From contig CAWIDI010000005.1 in NCBI GenBank assembly GCA_963834915.1, positions 867,111-931,110 of the forward strand: 64,000 nucleotides of DNA, written 5' to 3'. A model generated the notes under the pieces. That model was not told where the DNA came from, ran no database searches, and worked only from the letters and a program-made list of their open reading frames with translations. Positions 36,745-46,102 of this stretch are shown piece by piece (positions within the stretch are counted from its first letter, which is position 1; every line of letters begins with the position of its first letter). Source of the stretch: an uncultured Chloroflexia bacterium. Lineage in GTDB: Bacteria > Chloroflexota > Limnocylindria > Limnocylindrales > CSP1-4. Position numbers and translations under genes: made by a program.

Positions 36745-38112
36745 ATGGCAACAGCACCGACGCGATTGCGCGTCTTGGGCATCGCAGCCCTGTTCGTGGC
36801 GACCGCCTGTTCCGGCGGAGGGACGGCATCACCGACGGCTGCCCCGTCGACATCCGCTGGCGCGAGCGCGGCAGCGACGCCGGAGCCGCCGGCGAGCGCG
36901 GCGCCCGTCTCGTTGTCGTACATGATCGGCAACGTCGAGGCCACGCAGACGAGCGCCCGCGCGCTCGCCGCCGCATACACTGCCCTCCATCCCAACGTGA
37001 CCTTCGAATGGGAAACCGTCCCGAGCGGCACCGAGGGCGACAACATCGTCAAGACCCGTCTCGCCACCGGCGACATGACGGACATCTTCTGGTACAACTC
37101 TGGCTCGTTGCTCCAGGCCTTGAACCCGGCCGAGACACTGGTCGACATCTCCGGCGAGTCGTTCATCGCCAACATCACCGATTCCTTCCTGCCGACGGTG
37201 TCGGTGGGCAAGCAGATCTTCGGAGTCCCGAGCGGGACGGCGATGGGCGGGGGGATCCTCTACAACAAGAAGGTCTTCGCGGCCAACGGCCTGACCGTCC
37301 CGAAGTCATGGGCCGAGTTCGAGGCAAACAACGACAAGCTCAAGGCGGCGGGGATCCCCGCCCTCGGCGCGACGTTCGGCGCTGACAGCACGTGGACGTC
37401 GCAGCTGCTCGTGCTGGCCGACTACTGCAACGTCGAGGCGGCCGTCCCGGGCTTCGCGGAGAAGTACACCGCGAACCAGGCGCACTACTCCGACACGCCG
37501 GCGGCCGCGAAGGGCTTCGACCGACTGCAGGAAGCATTCGACAAGGGCTGGTGGCAGAAGGACTTCGGGGCCGCCAAGTTCGACGACGGGCTGAACCTGC
37601 TCGCCGAGGGCAAGATCGCGCAGTACCCGATGCTCACGTTCGCCCTGTCGACGATCGCGACCAACCATCCCGACGCCATCGCGGACATCGGGTTCTTCGG
37701 TCAGCCGGGCGATGACGCGGCCAAGAACTGCGCCACCATCTGGATGCCGTCCGCGACATATATCGCAAAGACCAGCAAGAACATCGACGAAGCCAAGAAG
37801 TTCCTGGCGTTCATCGCCTCGAAGGAAGGCGCCGACGTCCTGACCAAGGCGGTCCCACCCACGGGTCCGTATGTGATCAAGGGCGCGACTCTCCCCGACG
37901 ACGCGCTTGGTGCCGTCAAGGATATCCAGCCGTACATCGACAACAACGCCGCCGGGCCGGCCCTGGAGTTCCTCTCCGCGGTCAAGGGCCCGTCACTGGA
38001 GAACATCACTGTCGCCGTGGGCTCCGGGCTCAACTCGGCCACTGAAGGCGCCAAGCTCTACGACCAGGACGTCCAGAAGCAGGCCAAGCAGCTCGGGCTG
38101 CCTGGCTGGTGA
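36745..38112 (+). CDS. Sugar ABC transporter substrate-binding lipoprotein (family-1 extracellular solute-binding protein)
   Basis: Lipobox FVATACSGG; 455 aa, CUT1-type SBP architecture. Confidence 0.85.
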   Translation: MATAPTRLRVLGIAALFVATACSGGGTASPTAAPSTSAGASAAATPEPPASAAPVSLSYMIGNVEATQTSARALAAAYTALHPNVTFEWETVPSGTEGDNIVKTRLATGDMTDIFWYNSGSLLQALNPAETLVDISGESFIANITDSFLPTVSVGKQIFGVPSGTAMGGGILYNKKVFAANGLTVPKSWAEFEANNDKLKAAGIPALGATFGADSTWTSQLLVLADYCNVEAAVPGFAEKYTANQAHYSDTPAAAKGFDRLQEAFDKGWWQKDFGAAKFDDGLNLLAEGKIAQYPMLTFALSTIATNHPDAIADIGFFGQPGDDAAKNCATIWMPSATYIAKTSKNIDEAKKFLAFIASKEGADVLTKAVPPTGPYVIKGATLPDDALGAVKDIQPYIDNNAAGPALEFLSAVKGPSLENITVAVGSGLNSATEGAKLYDQDVQKQAKQLGLPGW

Positions 38113-38141
38113 TCCACACCCTGGTCTAAGCGAGCCAAGCG

Positions 38142-39101
38142 ATGAGTACGAGAGAGGTCGGACAGCCGAAACGCCGCCCGACCTCCTCGCTCGTCGTCCC
38201 CGTGCAGGCCGTCGCAGGCGCGTCCCGACGGACGCGCCCGCGCGACATCAGGACCGCTGCCTATCCGCACTGGTTCTATCTACCGGCCGCGATCATCTTC
38301 GGGGTGATCTTCGTCGTCCCGACCGTCCTGTCCTTCTACTACAGCCTGACCCGCTGGACGCTGTTCGACACCGAGTTCATTGGGCTAGACAACTTCTTCC
38401 AGTTCTTCCAAGAACCTGCGTTGACGATGGGCGCTCGGAACACGATCGTGTACGCGATCGTCACGAGCGGCCTAAAGGTGGTCATCGGCCTCCTGCTCGC
38501 GACCGCCTTGACGTCACGACTGCGGGTCCGCCACATCGTGCGATCGCTGATCTTCTTCCCCGTCCTGGTCAGCACGGTCGCCGTCGGGATCACCTTCGCC
38601 GTCCTGATGCACCCGTCCGAGGGGCTCATCAACAAGAGCCTGGCGCTCGTCGGGATCGACGGCCCGTCGTGGCTCTCCGATCCGAGCGTCGCCCTCCTGT
38701 CCGTCGCGGCCGTCGACATCTGGAAGGGCGTCGGCCTAGCCCTCGTCATCTTCATCGCCGGGATCCTCTCGATCCCCGAGGAGTACTTCGACGCAGCTCG
38801 GCTTGAAGGCGGGGCCTGGGTGCGGTTCCGGCACGTCATCATCCCGCTGAGCCGGAACGCGACCTTCACGGTCATCATCTTGTCGTTCATCGGCGGCTTG
38901 CGCAGCTTCGACCTCATCTGGACCATGACCCGCGGCGGTCCCGGGTTCAGCACGGACGTCATCGCCTCGACCATCTACAAGCAGTACCAAGCCGGGTTCT
39001 ATGGCCTGGCGACGGCCGGCAACGTGCTGCTCTTCATCGCGGTCACCCTGATCGTGTTCCCGATGATGCGGTTCTTCAGTCGCCACGAGATCGAGCTGTG
39101 A
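38142..39101 (+). CDS. Sugar ABC transporter permease (MalF/UgpA-like)
   Basis: EAA motif region ...EEYFDAARLEGGAWVRFRHVIIPL; 6 TMS. Confidence 0.85.
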   Translation: MSTREVGQPKRRPTSSLVVPVQAVAGASRRTRPRDIRTAAYPHWFYLPAAIIFGVIFVVPTVLSFYYSLTRWTLFDTEFIGLDNFFQFFQEPALTMGARNTIVYAIVTSGLKVVIGLLLATALTSRLRVRHIVRSLIFFPVLVSTVAVGITFAVLMHPSEGLINKSLALVGIDGPSWLSDPSVALLSVAAVDIWKGVGLALVIFIAGILSIPEEYFDAARLEGGAWVRFRHVIIPLSRNATFTVIILSFIGGLRSFDLIWTMTRGGPGFSTDVIASTIYKQYQAGFYGLATAGNVLLFIAVTLIVFPMMRFFSRHEIEL

Positions 39102-39934
39102 CTCTGATCCGCAGGGTCCGCTCGTACGCGATCGAGGCCGTCGCGCTCGTGATCGCCGCGATCGTCTTCATCGTTCCGTTCATCTTCATCGTCCTGACGG
39201 CGGCGAAGGACCGCTCGGAGGCCTCGTACCTCGACTTCACCTTCCCGACGGTCTGGCAGATCGTCCCGAATCTCGCTGCAGTCATAGGCGCGCGGGACAA
39301 CCTGATGGTCACCGCGATGCGCAACAGCATCATCCTCACCGTGGCGTCGGTGACCCTGGTCATCTTGCTGGCGGCGCTGGTTGGGTACGTCTTGCAGCGC
39401 CGTCGTGACCGTCTCGGCGACCTCGTCAGCGCGCTGGTACTCGCTGGACTCGCGATCCCGCCGGCGATCGTGCCGACGATCTTCGTCCTGCAGTCGACGG
39501 GCCTCTACAAGACGTTGCTTGGACTCATCCTGGTCGAGGTGGCCTTCCTCCTGCCATTCTCCGTCCTCATCTTCCGGGCCTTCGTGGGCTCGATCCCGCG
39601 CGAGCTCGATGAGGCCGCGATCATGGACGGCGCGGGTCCGCTCACATTGTTCGCGAAGGTCATCTTCCCCCTGCTGCGACCCGCGATCATCACCATCATC
39701 GTCGTGGCCTCGGTGGTCGTCTACAACGACTTCGTGAACCCGCTCTACTTCCTCCCGGGGAAGGACAACGCCACCGTGCAGTTGACGCTCTTCAACTTCC
39801 AGAGCCAGTTCGACACGCAGTGGAACCTGCTTTTCGCGGACGTGCTGCTGATCACGATCCCGCCGCTCGTGATGTTCATCTTCTTCCAACGACAGATCGT
39901 GTCGGGTCTGACGGCCGGCTCCGTGAAGGGCTGA
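39098..39934 (+). CDS. Sugar ABC transporter permease (MalG/UgpE-like)
   Basis: ...RELDEAAIMDGAGPLTLFAKVIFPLLRP...; ATGA overlap with the upstream permease. Confidence 0.85.
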   Translation: MTLIRRVRSYAIEAVALVIAAIVFIVPFIFIVLTAAKDRSEASYLDFTFPTVWQIVPNLAAVIGARDNLMVTAMRNSIILTVASVTLVILLAALVGYVLQRRRDRLGDLVSALVLAGLAIPPAIVPTIFVLQSTGLYKTLLGLILVEVAFLLPFSVLIFRAFVGSIPRELDEAAIMDGAGPLTLFAKVIFPLLRPAIITIIVVASVVVYNDFVNPLYFLPGKDNATVQLTLFNFQSQFDTQWNLLFADVLLITIPPLVMFIFFQRQIVSGLTAGSVKG

Positions 39935-39979
39935 ACGTCTCCGCCCGTTTCATCCTTCTGGAGGAGGTCCCTGCTCGCC

Positions 39980-42394
39980 ATGGCCACGCCGCGGTCTGCC
40001 CACGACAACGACCCACGCCTGCCCGTCGACTGGGGCGCGCTGGCGATCACGCTCCCCGACGACTCCGGACGAAATGGGTCCGCCCCCTCGCCCGTCCTGC
40101 GCCGCGAGTTCGACGTCGCCGGCGCCCCGGTCCGCGCGCGACTCCATGTGACCTCGCTCGGCGTCCACGAGCTTCGCATCAACGGCCAGCGGGTCGGGAA
40201 TCACCTGCTGTCGCCGGGCTGGACGAGCTATCACCACCGCCTCCTGGCGGAGACCCACGACGTGACCAGCCTCCTGAAGCCCGGTCGCAACGCCATCGGC
40301 GCGGTCCTCGGCGACGGTTGGTACCGGGGCCGACTGGGCTGGGACCGGGTCCCCGGTCGTGACCGCTGCCGTTACGGCGAGGACGTCGGGCTGGTCCTGC
40401 GCCTTGACGCCGAGCTCGCCGACGGGCAGACCATCACGGTCGTCTCAGACGGGTCGTGGCGGGCTTCGACGGCGGAGATCCGCTCGGCCGACATCTACGA
40501 TGGTGTGGTCGTCGACCTTCGAGAGCGCCAGCCGGGCTGGGATCGTCCGGGATTTGGTGACGCGGCCTGGTTGCCTGCGGCCATCGTCTCGTTCGACGCC
40601 CGGACGATCGAACCGCGGATGAGCCCGCCTGTCCGGGTGATCGCGACGCTACCCGTTGAGCTCGAGCGGAGGCCCGACGGCACGACCCGGCTCGACGGCA
40701 TGCAGAACCTGGCGGGCTTCGTCCGGCTTCGGGTCCAAGGGGCAGCGGGCGACCGCGTCACGGTCCGGCATGCTGAGGTCCTCGAGCCGGATGGGACACT
40801 CCACACGCGGTCCCTTCGAACGGCCCGGGCGACGGACGAGTACGTCCTGGCAGACGGCCAGGAGACCGTCCTCGAGCCACCGTTCACCTTCCACGGGTTC
40901 CGGTATGCGACCGTCGCCACGGACGCGCGCATCCTGGCTGCCGAGGTCGTCGCCATCAGCAGCGACCTCCCTCCCCGGTCGACCTTCGTGTGCTCGGACG
41001 GGCGGCTGAACAAGCTTCACCGGAATGTCAGCTGGTCACAGCGGGCCAATTTCGTGTCCATTCCGACGGACTGCCCGCAGCGCGATGAACGACTCGGGTG
41101 GACCGGCGACGCCCAGGCGTTCGCGGCGACGGCGTCGACACTCTTCGAGTCCGCGGCGTTCTGGCAGAGCTGGCTCCGCGACCTGGACCTCGACCAGGAC
41201 GACGATCTCGGTGTCCCGAGCGTCGTCCCCGATGTCGTCCTCCAAGGGGAGGCACGGTTCGGCCGCGCAGGCTGGGCGGACGCGGCCACGATCGTGCCCT
41301 GGGCGGTCTACGAGTCATACGGTGACCCGGACATCCTGCGTCAGCAGTTCTCGAGCATGCGCCGCTGGGTCGACTCGCTCGTCCGCCGTCAGGCCCCGGA
41401 CGGTCTCCTGAGGCCGTCCTGGCAGTTCGGTGACTGGCTCGATCCGGATGCGCCGCCGGATCGCCCTTGGGAGGCCAAAGCGGATGGCGACTTCATCGCC
41501 AACGCCTTCTTCGCCCAGTCGGCGCAGATCGTCGCGGACACGGCAAGCGTGCTCGGAGACCAGGCTGTTTCGGCGGATTACCGAGCCCTCGCTGCGCGGG
41601 TCGCAGCGGCGACATGGGACCGATGGTCGGACGACGCCCCCCGCACCCAGACCGGATGCGCCATCGCCCTGCGCTTCGGGATCGCTCCCGAGTCAGACCG
41701 TCCAGCGGTCGCCGATGCGCTCGAGCGACTGGTCGTCCAGGCCGGCGGGCGGGTGGCGACGGGCTTCCTCGGCACGCCCCTCGTCCTGCCCGCGCTTGCC
41801 GATGCCGGCCGCTTCGATGCGGCCTACCAGATGCTCCTCTGCACGGACGCGCCCTCCTGGCTCTACCAGGTGGGCAAGGGTGCGACGACGGTGTGGGAAC
41901 GGTGGGATGCCATCCGACCCGACGGATCGATCCATCCCGGGGTGATGGCCCCGGTCCCCGACGCCCCGGCCGACGCTGAGGAGGGCTCGATGCTCTCCTT
42001 CAACCACTACGCGTACGGCGCGGTCGTCGACTGGGTCTACCGCCATGTGGCGGGCGTGGCACCGGATGTCGCCCAGCCCGGCTACGCCAGGGTGGTGTTC
42101 GGGCCGAAACCGGCCGCAGGGATCACCTGGGCGCGGGCGTCGCTCGAGGCAGCAGCCGGACGGGTGACGATCGACTGGCGGATCGAAGACGACCGGTTCA
42201 CAGCCGACGTCGAGCTGCCGGTCGGATCCAGCGGACGCTTCGACCCACCCGCTACTGCGGCCTCCGAGGTCACCGTGGACGACCGGCCGGTGGACGTCGG
42301 CGGGGCGATCGAGCTGACGGCGGGAGTCCACCGCCTGGTGGTCACGCGGCCGGCGATCGCTGCTCCATCGCACCGAACCGTGGAGCTGGCTTGA
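39980..42394 (+). CDS. Alpha-L-rhamnosidase, glycoside hydrolase family 78
   Basis: ...LRINGQRVGNHLLSPGWTSYHHRLL...GDGWYRGRLGW...IPTDCPQRDERLGWTGDAQAF (GH78 catalytic motif); 804 aa. Confidence 0.85.
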   Translation: MATPRSAHDNDPRLPVDWGALAITLPDDSGRNGSAPSPVLRREFDVAGAPVRARLHVTSLGVHELRINGQRVGNHLLSPGWTSYHHRLLAETHDVTSLLKPGRNAIGAVLGDGWYRGRLGWDRVPGRDRCRYGEDVGLVLRLDAELADGQTITVVSDGSWRASTAEIRSADIYDGVVVDLRERQPGWDRPGFGDAAWLPAAIVSFDARTIEPRMSPPVRVIATLPVELERRPDGTTRLDGMQNLAGFVRLRVQGAAGDRVTVRHAEVLEPDGTLHTRSLRTARATDEYVLADGQETVLEPPFTFHGFRYATVATDARILAAEVVAISSDLPPRSTFVCSDGRLNKLHRNVSWSQRANFVSIPTDCPQRDERLGWTGDAQAFAATASTLFESAAFWQSWLRDLDLDQDDDLGVPSVVPDVVLQGEARFGRAGWADAATIVPWAVYESYGDPDILRQQFSSMRRWVDSLVRRQAPDGLLRPSWQFGDWLDPDAPPDRPWEAKADGDFIANAFFAQSAQIVADTASVLGDQAVSADYRALAARVAAATWDRWSDDAPRTQTGCAIALRFGIAPESDRPAVADALERLVVQAGGRVATGFLGTPLVLPALADAGRFDAAYQMLLCTDAPSWLYQVGKGATTVWERWDAIRPDGSIHPGVMAPVPDAPADAEEGSMLSFNHYAYGAVVDWVYRHVAGVAPDVAQPGYARVVFGPKPAAGITWARASLEAAAGRVTIDWRIEDDRFTADVELPVGSSGRFDPPATAASEVTVDDRPVDVGGAIELTAGVHRLVVTRPAIAAPSHRTVELA

Positions 42395-42539
42395 GCGTTT
42401 CCGCGGAGCGACTCTGCGGATCGGCGCGTCGGGCTCTCGGCATCCTCGTCACGGGAGTGGGCGTACAACCGGCTTCGTGAGCGGCTCGCGGGCCGAGCCG
42501 TCCGGGGACTGACGCGGGCCAGCCGGGCCTGTCATCTCG

Positions 42540-42854
42540 TCAGTCGAGGTGGAAGACCTCGTCGAGCTGGCGGTGGAAGCCGGTCGCCGGGTCGGTCAGC
42601 GGGTCGATGAGGTCGCCCATCTCGGCCTGCCATCGGGCGTTCACCTCGCTCCTGGCCAGGTAGGCGCGGAACGCCGCCAGGTCGTCCACGACGAGGTAGC
42701 CGAAGAGGTCGTCCCCGCGGAGGAAGATCGAATAGTCGTGCGCGCCGGCCGCCCGGAGCTCGTCGAGCATCTCCGGCCAGACCGCGGCGTGCCGCTCCCG
42801 GTACACGGCCTCGGCCCCCGGCCGCAGCCGCATCGCGAACCCGACCCGCTCCAT
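42540..42854 (-). CDS. rhaM: L-rhamnose mutarotase
   Basis: MERVGFAMRLRPGAEAVYRERHAAVWPEMLDELRAAGAHDYSIFLRGDDLFGYLVVDD... = RhaM/YiiL family, 104 aa; the track ORF has a 58-aa spurious N-terminal extension. Confidence 0.8.
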   Translation of the reverse strand: MERVGFAMRLRPGAEAVYRERHAAVWPEMLDELRAAGAHDYSIFLRGDDLFGYLVVDDLAAFRAYLARSEVNARWQAEMGDLIDPLTDPATGFHRQLDEVFHLD

Positions 42855-42930
42855 CTGCGCCTCCTCCTCGGAATCCGTAGGCCCCGGAAGCATCGCTCCC
42901 GGGGCCCGTTTCGCGCTCGGAGAACGCGGA

Positions 42931-43995
42931 CTAGAAGTTGAACTGATCGACGTTGGTCTTGTCGAACCGGAAAGCCGGCCCGAGGATGACCACGCTGTCC
43001 TTGCCGATCGTGTACGGCTTGCCGTCATTGAGGCTCGGGACCGTGAAGGTCTCGCCTTCCTTGCCGGTGATCTCGCCGCTGACCAGCTTGGCCGCGACCT
43101 GCATCGACAGGTAGCCGAGGTCCGGGACGCTCCACAGGCCGAAGACCGGGGAGGTGCCGTCCGCGACGAACGGCTTCATGTCGTTCGGGAAGCCGAGCCC
43201 GGTCACCTTGATCGAGTCCGACTTGCCGGCCTGCTTGACGACCTGCGCGGCCGCCAGGATGCCGACCGTGGTCGGGGCGACGATGACCTTGAGGTTCGGG
43301 TACTTGGTGAGCAGCGCCGTCGCCTGGTCGGTGCTGGTCTTGGCGACGTCATCGCCATAGACCGTGTCGACCAGCTTGAGGCCCTTGTACTTGTCCTCCT
43401 TGAGGGTCGTCTTCATGAGATCGATCCAGGCGTTCTGGTTGGTCGCCGTGGCCGTGGCCGACAGGATCGCGATGTCGCCGGTGCAGCTCGGGGCGAGCTC
43501 GCAGGCCCAGTCGGCGAGGTTGATGCCGACGCCGCTGAAGTCGACCTGGTTGACAAAGACGTCATAAGCGCCGACGGCCGGGCTCGAGTCGAAGCCGACG
43601 ACCTTGATGCCCGCGTCCTTGGCGGCCTTGAGCGACGGCGCGACGGCATCCTTGTCGTCGGCCGAGATGATGATCGCCTTCACCTTCTGGGTGGTGAGGT
43701 CGGTGATGAACGGGATCTGGAGGTCGGCCTTGGGCTCGGGCGGCCCGACCTGGGTAACCGTGGCGCCGAGCTCGGTCGCGGCCTTGTCGATGCCCGTCTT
43801 CGCGGCGGCGAAGTACTGGTTGACGATGTCCTTCGGCAGGTAGCCGACGGTCATCCCGCCGGCGGCGCCGGACGCGGCGGCCGAGCCGGCGGCCGAGGCC
43901 GGCGCCGAGCTCGAACCGGAGTTCGAGCACGCGCCGAACGCCATGGCGGCGACGGCGATGAGGGCGATGGCTCGCCCGGTTGCCCTTGAACGCAC
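42931..43995 (-). CDS. Monosaccharide (probably L-rhamnose) ABC transporter substrate-binding lipoprotein (RbsB/RhaS-like)
   Basis: Lipobox AFGACSNSG; periplasmic binding protein type-I fold (TVGYLPKDIVNQYFAAAKTG...KVVGFDSS...). Confidence 0.8.
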   Translation of the reverse strand: MRSRATGRAIALIAVAAMAFGACSNSGSSSAPASAAGSAAASGAAGGMTVGYLPKDIVNQYFAAAKTGIDKAATELGATVTQVGPPEPKADLQIPFITDLTTQKVKAIIISADDKDAVAPSLKAAKDAGIKVVGFDSSPAVGAYDVFVNQVDFSGVGINLADWACELAPSCTGDIAILSATATATNQNAWIDLMKTTLKEDKYKGLKLVDTVYGDDVAKTSTDQATALLTKYPNLKVIVAPTTVGILAAAQVVKQAGKSDSIKVTGLGFPNDMKPFVADGTSPVFGLWSVPDLGYLSMQVAAKLVSGEITGKEGETFTVPSLNDGKPYTIGKDSVVILGPAFRFDKTNVDQFNF

Positions 43996-44012
43996 GGGGT
44001 GTCCTCCTCTGT

Positions 44013-45077
44013 CTACGACGTTGCTGCCTCACCGTGGCCGAGCGAGTCGACCGGCGGTGGGCGACCACCGCGGACTCGATCGATGGCCGACGTGGCCTGG
44101 TGAGCGAAGGAAGGGATGACGACCGAGAGGATCAGGAGCAGCCCGAGGGCGATGCTCTGGACCTCGACCGACACGCTGGCGAGGCGGAGGGCGTTCTGCA
44201 TCACGGCCACCACGAGGACGGCCAGCACGACGCCGGTGATCGTCCCCGACCCGCCGAAGATGTTCACGCCGCCGAGCAGGACGACGGTCACGACCGTGAG
44301 GGTCATGCCCTGCCCGACGTCGGCGCGCGCGGTGGAGAGTCGGGAGGTGAGGATGATGCCGGCGAGGGCGGCGATGAGGCCGGCGAGCACGAACAGCCCG
44401 ACCCGGACCCGGGTGACCCGGACCCCGGAGTAGCGGGCGGCGCTGGCGTTCTTGCCGATGGCGTAGACGTGCCGCCCGACCCACGTCCGATGAAGGACGA
44501 CGCCGAGCACGACGGCCAGGGCGAGGAAGATCACGAAGGGCCACGGGATGTCGGTCCCGGGCACGCGCCCGAAGCCGAGCGCGGTGAACCAGTCCGGGAA
44601 GTCGCTGACGCCGCGCGGGCCGAGGACGATGAGGGCCAGGCCGCGGAAGAGCGCCAGCGTACCGAGGGTGACGACCAGCGACGGCAGACCGCCGCGGGCG
44701 ACCAGCAGGCCGTTCAGCAGGCCGCCGACGACGCCCATCACGAGCACCGCGGGGATCGCGAGCTCGAGCGGTACACCGGCCGCCCACAGGAAGCCGAGGA
44801 CCGCGCTGGCGAGGCCGGCCATGGATTCGACTGAGAGGTCGATCTCGCCCGCGATGACGATCAGCGTCATCGGCAGCGCCATGATCGCGACCTCCATCAG
44901 GGCCGACAGGAGGTTCGAGAAGTTGCCCGCGGTGAGGAAGAACGGCGAGAGCGCGTTGCCGAGCAGGATCAGCCCGATCAGCGCGATCAGCAGCACCGTC
45001 TCCCAGCGGGCGAGCGAGCGGGTCCACGACCTCCGGGGTGCGGCGGCTGCCGGCGAAGAGGCCTTGTTTGCGCTCAT
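44013..45077 (-). CDS. Monosaccharide ABC transporter permease (RbsC-like)
   Basis: MSANKASSP... about 10 TMS, typical CUT2 permease; ATG at 45077 overlaps the upstream stop (ATGA). Confidence 0.8.
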   Translation of the reverse strand: MSANKASSPAAAAPRRSWTRSLARWETVLLIALIGLILLGNALSPFFLTAGNFSNLLSALMEVAIMALPMTLIVIAGEIDLSVESMAGLASAVLGFLWAAGVPLELAIPAVLVMGVVGGLLNGLLVARGGLPSLVVTLGTLALFRGLALIVLGPRGVSDFPDWFTALGFGRVPGTDIPWPFVIFLALAVVLGVVLHRTWVGRHVYAIGKNASAARYSGVRVTRVRVGLFVLAGLIAALAGIILTSRLSTARADVGQGMTLTVVTVVLLGGVNIFGGSGTITGVVLAVLVVAVMQNALRLASVSVEVQSIALGLLLILSVVIPSFAHQATSAIDRVRGGRPPPVDSLGHGEAATS

Positions 45078-46102
45078 CGGGCGCGCCGCTCGGCGGTGAG
45101 GGTGCGCTGGATCCGGCGCAGGATGATGGTGTCCACGCTGACCGCGGCGAGGATCACGACGCCGTAGATCGCCTGCAGCCAGAACTGCGAGAGGCCGACC
45201 AGGATCAGGGCGTTCGAGATGAACCCGAGGAACATCGCCCCGATCGCGGCACCCGCGACCGTCCCGGACCCGCCGAAGATGTTGACCCCGCCGACCACCG
45301 CGGCCGCGACCACGGCCAGCACCACGCCCGTCGCCGAGGTCCCGTTGATCGTGCCGAACTCGATGACCCACATCACCCCGGCCACGCCGGCCAGCATCCC
45401 GCACGCCGCGAACGCCGCGAAGACGACCCGCCGGGACGGGATGCCCAGGACGGCCGCCGCCTCCGGGTTGCTGCCGACCGCGTAGACCTGCCGGCCGAAC
45501 CGGCTCGAGCGCAGGACCACCGACGCGATGACCACGATGACGATCACGACGATCACGAAGACCGGGATCCCCAGGACCGAATCGCGGGCCGGGTCGGTGA
45601 ACCCGGGCGGCAGGCCGGCGAGGGGCACCTGGTGGCTGCCGGCGATGAGGAAGTCGATGCCGCGGAAGATGCTGAGCGTGCCCAGGGTCGCCACGATGGA
45701 CGGCACCCGCAGGACTGTCACGACGAAGCCGTTGACCATGCCGAGGACGAGCCCGAGGCCGACCCCGAGGACGATGGCGCCGGCCGCGTCGAGCGTGTGC
45801 TGCTCGAGCACGATCGCGACGGCGTAGGCGGTCAGCCCGATCGTCGCCTCGACCGACAGGTCGATGTTGCGGGTGATGATCACGATGGACTGGCCGACCG
45901 CAGCGACCGCCGTGATCGAGGCGAGCACCGCGACCTGCTGGATGTTCGAGAGGGTCAGGAATTGGGGCGCCGCGAGCGTGACCAGCGCGCCGAGCACCAG
46001 CATGATCGCGACAAGGCTGAGCTCGCGCTGACGGGCCACCGTGGCCAGCCAGCCCCCGGCAGAGCGGCTGGTGGAGATCGGGGCGGCCACGGCGTCAGCC
46101 AT
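45074..46102 (-). CDS. Monosaccharide ABC transporter permease (RbsC-like), second subunit
   Basis: 342 aa CUT2 permease. Confidence 0.8.
   Translation of the reverse strand: MADAVAAPISTSRSAGGWLATVARQRELSLVAIMLVLGALVTLAAPQFLTLSNIQQVAVLASITAVAAVGQSIVIITRNIDLSVEATIGLTAYAVAIVLEQHTLDAAGAIVLGVGLGLVLGMVNGFVVTVLRVPSIVATLGTLSIFRGIDFLIAGSHQVPLAGLPPGFTDPARDSVLGIPVFVIVVIVIVVIASVVLRSSRFGRQVYAVGSNPEAAAVLGIPSRRVVFAAFAACGMLAGVAGVMWVIEFGTINGTSATGVVLAVVAAAVVGGVNIFGGSGTVAGAAIGAMFLGFISNALILVGLSQFWLQAIYGVVILAAVSVDTIILRRIQRTLTAERRAR

Noticed and set aside
42395-42539. Possible intrinsic terminator between the convergent rhamnosidase and rhaM genes
   Set aside because: Only weak GC-rich direct repeats (GGGCC ... 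GGGCC) and no clear stem-loop followed by a U-tract. High-GC Actinomycetota often lack canonical terminators, so nothing can be called.
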